NCBI GenBank assembly: GCA_038320275.1
Contig: JBBQEB010000125.1
Coordinates: forward strand, 1-11,371
DNA from: Myxococcales bacterium
Lineage (GTDB): Bacteria > Myxococcota > Myxococcia > Myxococcales > Anaeromyxobacteraceae
DNA length: 11,371 nucleotides
Direction of reading: 5' to 3'
Below are positions 7,611 to 11,371 of this stretch, in pieces (positions within the stretch are counted from its first letter, which is position 1; each line of letters opens with the position of its first letter). The position numbers and the translations under genes are program-made. Under the pieces are notes generated by a model. The model ran no database searches. It was not told the DNA's origin and was given only the letters and a program-made list of their open reading frames with translations.

Positions 7611-8221
7611 CGACCTGCCTCGCGAGCTCCTTCGGGTTCGGCGCCGGAGGCTTCCGGGAGCGGCCGGTACACGGCGAGGAGCTTCTCCAGCCACTCCCCG
7701 TCCACGAACGCCTTGATGAGGCGAACCACCTCGTACTCGTCTTCCCGGCCGCGGAGCGGCCGCAGGAACCCGAGCTCCACGACCTTGTTCAGGTGAGCCC
7801 CGATCTGATCGACGAGCTTCGCCTCGTTCGTCGTGGTGGGGAGGAACTGGCGCAGGAGATCGACGAGGTCTTCCTTGCGCAGGACGACGCGCCGGTCGCC
7901 GCCGCCCGCCTCGGTCTCCGCGACCTTCTTGCGCAGCAGGACGAGGAGGAGGCTCACCTTGAATCCGAGTGGCCGGCGCGGGACGAGGCGTGGAAGAGGT
8001 TCCTCGCCGGGCTCTTGCGGACGCTGGCGAAGAAAGGCGTAGCCGTCGGCCTCGTCGACCTCGAGGGCGAGCCCGAGCGGCACCACGTGGTCGCGCACCC
8101 GTGCCTGCAGGGACAGGAGCTGGGACCAGCGCCGCTCGTCGTCCTCGCGCCATAGAACGCCCTTCATCAGCGACACGAGGACGAGCGGGAACGCCGTTGC
8201 CGTGTCCGTCGGGGCCTTCAT
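7607..8221 (-). CDS. jetB: Wadjet JetB KITE subunit (DUF4194), about 204 aa
   Basis: LMKGV...W...LGLxLxVDEADGYAFLRQ...LPRLVPRRPL...SLLLVLLRK...LGFLR...EVxRLIKAFVD. Start ATG 8221 overlaps the jetA stop (ATGA). Confidence 0.93.
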   Translation of the reverse strand: MKAPTDTATAFPLVLVSLMKGVLWREDDERRWSQLLSLQARVRDHVVPLGLALEVDEADGYAFLRQRPQEPGEEPLPRLVPRRPLGFKVSLLLVLLRKKVAETEAGGGDRRVVLRKEDLVDLLRQFLPTTTNEAKLVDQIGAHLNKVVELGFLRPLRGREDEYEVVRLIKAFVDGEWLEKLLAVYRPLPEASGAEPEGAREAGR

Positions 8222-9669
8222 GTGGAGGACCTCGTGAAGATCACGCGCGGGACCTCCGCGGTGCGACCCTTCCCGCCTTCGACATTCCAATCGATGCGCT
8301 GTACGGCTGATTCGTCGATGAGCGCGCGATCGTCCTCGGATGCCACCGCGAAGTAGGTCACCAGCTCCGCGAGACCGTGCTGCAGTGGATAGGCGTTCAC
8401 GAGCTCTGCGAGCGAGACGCGATCTCGCCGCTGCAGCGCCTCGCGGACGTTCGACCGCAGCCGTTCGCGGTCCACGGCGACCTGCTCGAAGAGCTCCTCG
8501 GCAGAGACCTCCTCGTCGGCCAGCAGCACCCCCGTCGAGAGTCGCGCCTCGAACGGCGGTATGAACAAGGGCCGCTCGAGCGGGAGGGCGACGTCGGGCG
8601 ACGTGCCGTCCACGGCCGCGACGACGCCCTCCGGCGGGTCGTCCTTCATCGCGAGGGCGGCGCGCTCGATCTCGCGAATGGTCTCCATGATCCGGCGATT
8701 CTCGAGGAAGGCGCGGTCATCGAGGTAGCGGCGGAGCTGCTCCGAGAGCTTCGCGACGGTGCGCTGCGTCGCCTCTCCAGCCTCGAGCCAGTCGTAGTGG
8801 ATGCGGCGGAGGCGGGGATCGGGACTCAGGGCCTCGATGGCCGTGAGCTCGAAGACACGATCGAGCTTCCGGGTGAGCTCTTCCTGACGCTCCGGTGACA
8901 TGAGGAAGTCCCAGAAAGCGCGGAAGCTCGTGCCCTGGTCCGACGCAGCGATGGCATCCCTCTCGCCGAGGATGTCGTCGAGCAGCTCGCCGCGGCCGCC
9001 CTCCCACGCGGTGATGCGCTGGCGCACGTCCCGGTCGAGCGCGTGGAAGCTCTGCTCCAGTTCGCGGAAGTCGGCGAGGAGCTCCCGGGCGGTGCTCTCC
9101 ATCTGCTGAAACCGCTCGCGGAGCGCCGGTGCGTCCATCGGCGCCAGGCGGCCGCCCCGGATCTCGTCCATCTCGGCCTCGATCTGGTCCTTCCTTCGCT
9201 GCAGGTCGGCGAGGCGCGTCGAGGGATCGAGCTCACTCCCCTCCACCATGTCGGTCAGGAGCTGAAACACGGTCATGAGCCGCGACTGCGTCCCGACGAA
9301 GCGTCGCTCGAGAAGTCGCGCGATCCACTGGATCGCCCGCTCCGCGGCCGGAGTGAGGTCGAAGTGGGCCTCGTCGCTGCCCGATGGGTAGAACTTGCGA
9401 AGCCAGCCGTTCGAGTTCGACGCCCACTCGTCGAGGTACGCCTCCGCCGCGCGGGGTGCGTCGAAGCCCATCTCCCTCGCCGCGTGCAGGTGGTCCTCGA
9501 GTCGCAGCGACAGTGCCTGCTGCGTCTCCGTACGCCGGTTGGTCGCGACAAAGGCCTGGTGCAGAAAGCTCACGACGAGCGGGGCGTGGGCGGCCGTGAG
9601 GAGTCGCCACGCCGGATTCTGATCGCGAAGCCGCTGGAGGCTCGCGAGGTCGAGGAGCTGCAGTGACAT
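8218..9669 (-). CDS. jetA: Wadjet JetA kleisin subunit (DUF3375), 483 aa
   Basis: PAWRLL...APLVVSFL, YLDEWA...GWLRKFY, FVGTQSRL, SDQGTSFRAFWDFL, GLAELVTY, C-terminal PRVIF. First gene of a four-gene overlapping operon. Confidence 0.93.
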   Translation of the reverse strand: MSLQLLDLASLQRLRDQNPAWRLLTAAHAPLVVSFLHQAFVATNRRTETQQALSLRLEDHLHAAREMGFDAPRAAEAYLDEWASNSNGWLRKFYPSGSDEAHFDLTPAAERAIQWIARLLERRFVGTQSRLMTVFQLLTDMVEGSELDPSTRLADLQRRKDQIEAEMDEIRGGRLAPMDAPALRERFQQMESTARELLADFRELEQSFHALDRDVRQRITAWEGGRGELLDDILGERDAIAASDQGTSFRAFWDFLMSPERQEELTRKLDRVFELTAIEALSPDPRLRRIHYDWLEAGEATQRTVAKLSEQLRRYLDDRAFLENRRIMETIREIERAALAMKDDPPEGVVAAVDGTSPDVALPLERPLFIPPFEARLSTGVLLADEEVSAEELFEQVAVDRERLRSNVREALQRRDRVSLAELVNAYPLQHGLAELVTYFAVASEDDRALIDESAVQRIDWNVEGGKGRTAEVPRVIFTRSST

Positions 9670-10157
9670 CGATCGGATCGATCCCCACGCGGAGCCCCAT
9701 GGCGGCTTCGCAGATGATTCGCACCGTAACCCGGCGGTCGGACACGGACCGGTGCGGAGCGCCGGTAGGCCAGGTAGGCGACGGGTTAGTCCTGAAGGAC
9801 TTCGTCACCCGGCCCCTTGGCTGGTCTGCAGATCCGGGTGCCGCTCTCGGCGCTCGACGAGTCCCTCGCGGGTTCGCGATGACGCGTCCGACGGCGTGCT
9901 CGTTCATCCCTTCGCGGCCGCACCTCGGACTTCGCGCTCCGCCAGTCGACGTCGGTCACCAGTCCCGCACCGAGGCAGTTGGCTCGGGGCCCAGTGGTGC
10001 CAGGTCTCGGCAGGGCCTGCCGAGATCGCGGTCTCGGAAAGTCGCGGACGTGGAAGCCGCGAGAATCGTTGCCATCCACACACATGGTGCATGGCGCTTC
10101 AGCGGCGAGGCGCGCGCCGGTGGCACGGCCCCTTCACGAAACGTAAATTACGAAGTG

Positions 10158-10189
10158 CCCGGAACTCCGCTTTCGCGTGGAGTTCCGGG
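10158..10189 (-). terminator. Strong hairpin just downstream of the tRNA 3' fragment
   Basis: 11-bp perfect inverted repeat CCCGGAACTCC (10158-10168) / GGAGTTCCGGG (10179-10189). On the minus strand the inner part can form CGC-GAAA-GCG and is followed by the AT-rich CTTCGTAATTT. Confidence 0.65.
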
Positions 10190-10197
10190 GGGTCCAA

Positions 10198-10229
<32 letters not shown>

Positions 10230-10355
10230 TCTCGCCCGGTTCATCCGTTTCCGCCTCCCGCGCTCCCATACCAGGTCGCTCTCGTTTGCAGAATCCGGTG
10301 GATCCCGCTATGCATTGGTTTCACCGTACCCGACACTTTTCGTCGGCTTGAGCGC

Positions 10356-11162
10356 ATGCGCCGAAGAGCCTCCAGCCTCCGCCTCTCGAACTACCTCGAC
10401 GACCTCGTCGGGCGCGGGCGCTACGCCCTCGACCGGGCGGAGGCGTTGCGTGTTCTCGGCTCCACGCCCGAAGCGCTGGAGGCATCCGTGCGCCGCCTCG
10501 TCGCCAAGCGCCGCCTCGCGGTGCCTCGCCGCGGATTCTACGTCATCGTCCCGGCCGAGTACCGGAGCGCTGGCGCGCCACCGCCCGACTGGTTCATCGC
10601 CGACCTCACGCGCTTCGAGGGGAGACCCTACTACGTGGGCCTGCTCTCGGCCGCCGCCCTCCACGGATCGGCCCACCATCAGCCCCAGGAGTTCCAGGTC
10701 GTGACCGACGGGCCGCTCCGGCCGGCCAGGGCGGGGCGGGCGCGCATCCGATTCTTCACCAAGGCGACCGCGGCATCGACTCCAGCGATCGACATGAAGA
10801 CCCAGACCGGCTCGATGCGCGTCTCGACGCCCGAGGCGACCGCCCTCGACCTCGTCCGGTACGCGAAGCGCGCCGGCCACCTCGACCACGTGGCGACCGT
10901 CCTCTCCGAGCTCGCCGAGAAGCTCGACGCGAGGCGGCTCCTCGCCGTGGCCCGCACGGACGTTGAGATCGCCCACGTCCAGCGACTCGGTCACATCCTC
11001 GAGGCCTTGGGCGCCTCCTCGGCGACGAGGCCGCTGGCCGCCTGGATCTCCGATCGGAAGCCACGCCGGGTCCTGCTTCGCCCGGACCGCCCGGACCGGC
11101 CTCTCGAGGAAGACCCGCGGTGGCGGGTCGGCGTCAATGAGCCGGTGGAGATGGACCGATGA
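10356..11162 (+). CDS. abiEi: Type IV toxin-antitoxin AbiEi-family antitoxin / transcriptional regulator (268 aa)
   Basis: N-terminal wHTH (GRYAL..AEA...RL..K.RL..PRRGFYVIVP.EY), YYVGLLSAAALHGSAHHQPQEFQV, VSTPEATALDL, QRLGHILE, RWRVGVN. Start ATG 10356. The 5' extension to 9663 crosses the tRNA fragment and is not credible. Confidence 0.9.
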   Translation: MRRRASSLRLSNYLDDLVGRGRYALDRAEALRVLGSTPEALEASVRRLVAKRRLAVPRRGFYVIVPAEYRSAGAPPPDWFIADLTRFEGRPYYVGLLSAAALHGSAHHQPQEFQVVTDGPLRPARAGRARIRFFTKATAASTPAIDMKTQTGSMRVSTPEATALDLVRYAKRAGHLDHVATVLSELAEKLDARRLLAVARTDVEIAHVQRLGHILEALGASSATRPLAAWISDRKPRRVLLRPDRPDRPLEEDPRWRVGVNEPVEMDR

Positions 11163-11197
11163 TCCCCAGGGCCCACGTCACGGCCTGGCGCTCACAC
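11159..11197 (+). pseudogene. N-terminal stub of an AbiEii-family nucleotidyltransferase toxin
   Basis: ATGA overlap with the antitoxin stop. Reads MIPRAHVTAWRSH, matching the usual MIP-x-x-x-I/V-x-x-W-R start of toxins paired with this AbiEi type, but the expected continuation (APW...QVEQDL) is absent. Confidence 0.65.
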
Positions 11198-11224
11198 GAA
11201 GGGACCTGGGAGCACGGGCCACCC

Positions 11225-11371
11225 ATGACAATGCGGCCGTTCAACCTGCTCTTCCCCGAGCTCGCCGACCGGGAGTGCCGGACCCTCCGCCCGATGAACC
11301 ACGAGCGGCTGCCGAGCCGCCGCTTCGTGTTCCTGGAGTCCTACTGCGTCGAGCCGCGATGCGACTGCCGA
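11225..11371 (+). CDS. N-terminal part of a Cys-motif hypothetical protein (YC-x-x-P-x-CDCR, often found in SEC-C-domain proteins), runs off the window
   Basis: MTMRPFNLLFPELADRECRTLRPMNHERLPSRRFVFLESYCVEPRCDCR... with GGGAG at 11208-11212. Open to the end of the window and in frame with ATG 11159. Confidence 0.6.
   Translation, partial: MTMRPFNLLFPELADRECRTLRPMNHERLPSRRFVFLESYCVEPRCDCR

Noticed and set aside
3843..7796. Long plus-strand ORFs (3843-5195, 5295-7796) and other alternative-frame ORFs within jetABCD
   Set aside because: Antisense or out-of-frame shadows of GC3-rich genes, with no motifs.
7611..8153. N-terminal extension of JetC in the ORF track
   Set aside because: Overlaps jetB in another frame and is R/P/G-rich. 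ATG 7610 with an ATGA overlap is the credible start.
10286..10346. Sigma70-like promoter (TTGCAG-N17-TATGCA) and a CCGAC-N7-GTCGG inverted repeat as an AbiEi operator
   Set aside because: The -10 lacks the conserved final T and the repeat is only 5 bp; plausible but not supportable.

Overview
GC-rich bacterial window, Myxococcota/Anaeromyxobacter-like in gene content (inference), that reads as an accessory-region mosaic. From left to right: (1) the 3' end of an IS1182/IS5-like transposase; (2) a class I SAM-dependent methyltransferase; (3) a small metal-handling islet; (4) a complete, tightly coupled type I Wadjet anti-plasmid operon jetABCD on the minus strand; (5) the 3' half of a tRNA-Pro with a downstream hairpin, which is a probable att site; (6) an AbiEi-family antitoxin whose cognate AbiEii toxin appears cut off after about 13 codons and runs in frame into an unrelated Cys-motif gene. 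The islet holds a membrane-anchored heavy-metal-associated (HMA) protein missed by the ORF track because an in-frame TGA sits at the first Cys of the MxCxxC motif and is followed by a bacterial SECIS-like hairpin, so it is a predicted selenoprotein. Converging on it are a frameshifted YceI-like gene and a BufA2-type bufferin precursor with no maturase gene beside it. The hidden Sec-HMA gene next to the bufferin precursor is the most notable observation. All family calls come from motif recognition only, with no database search.
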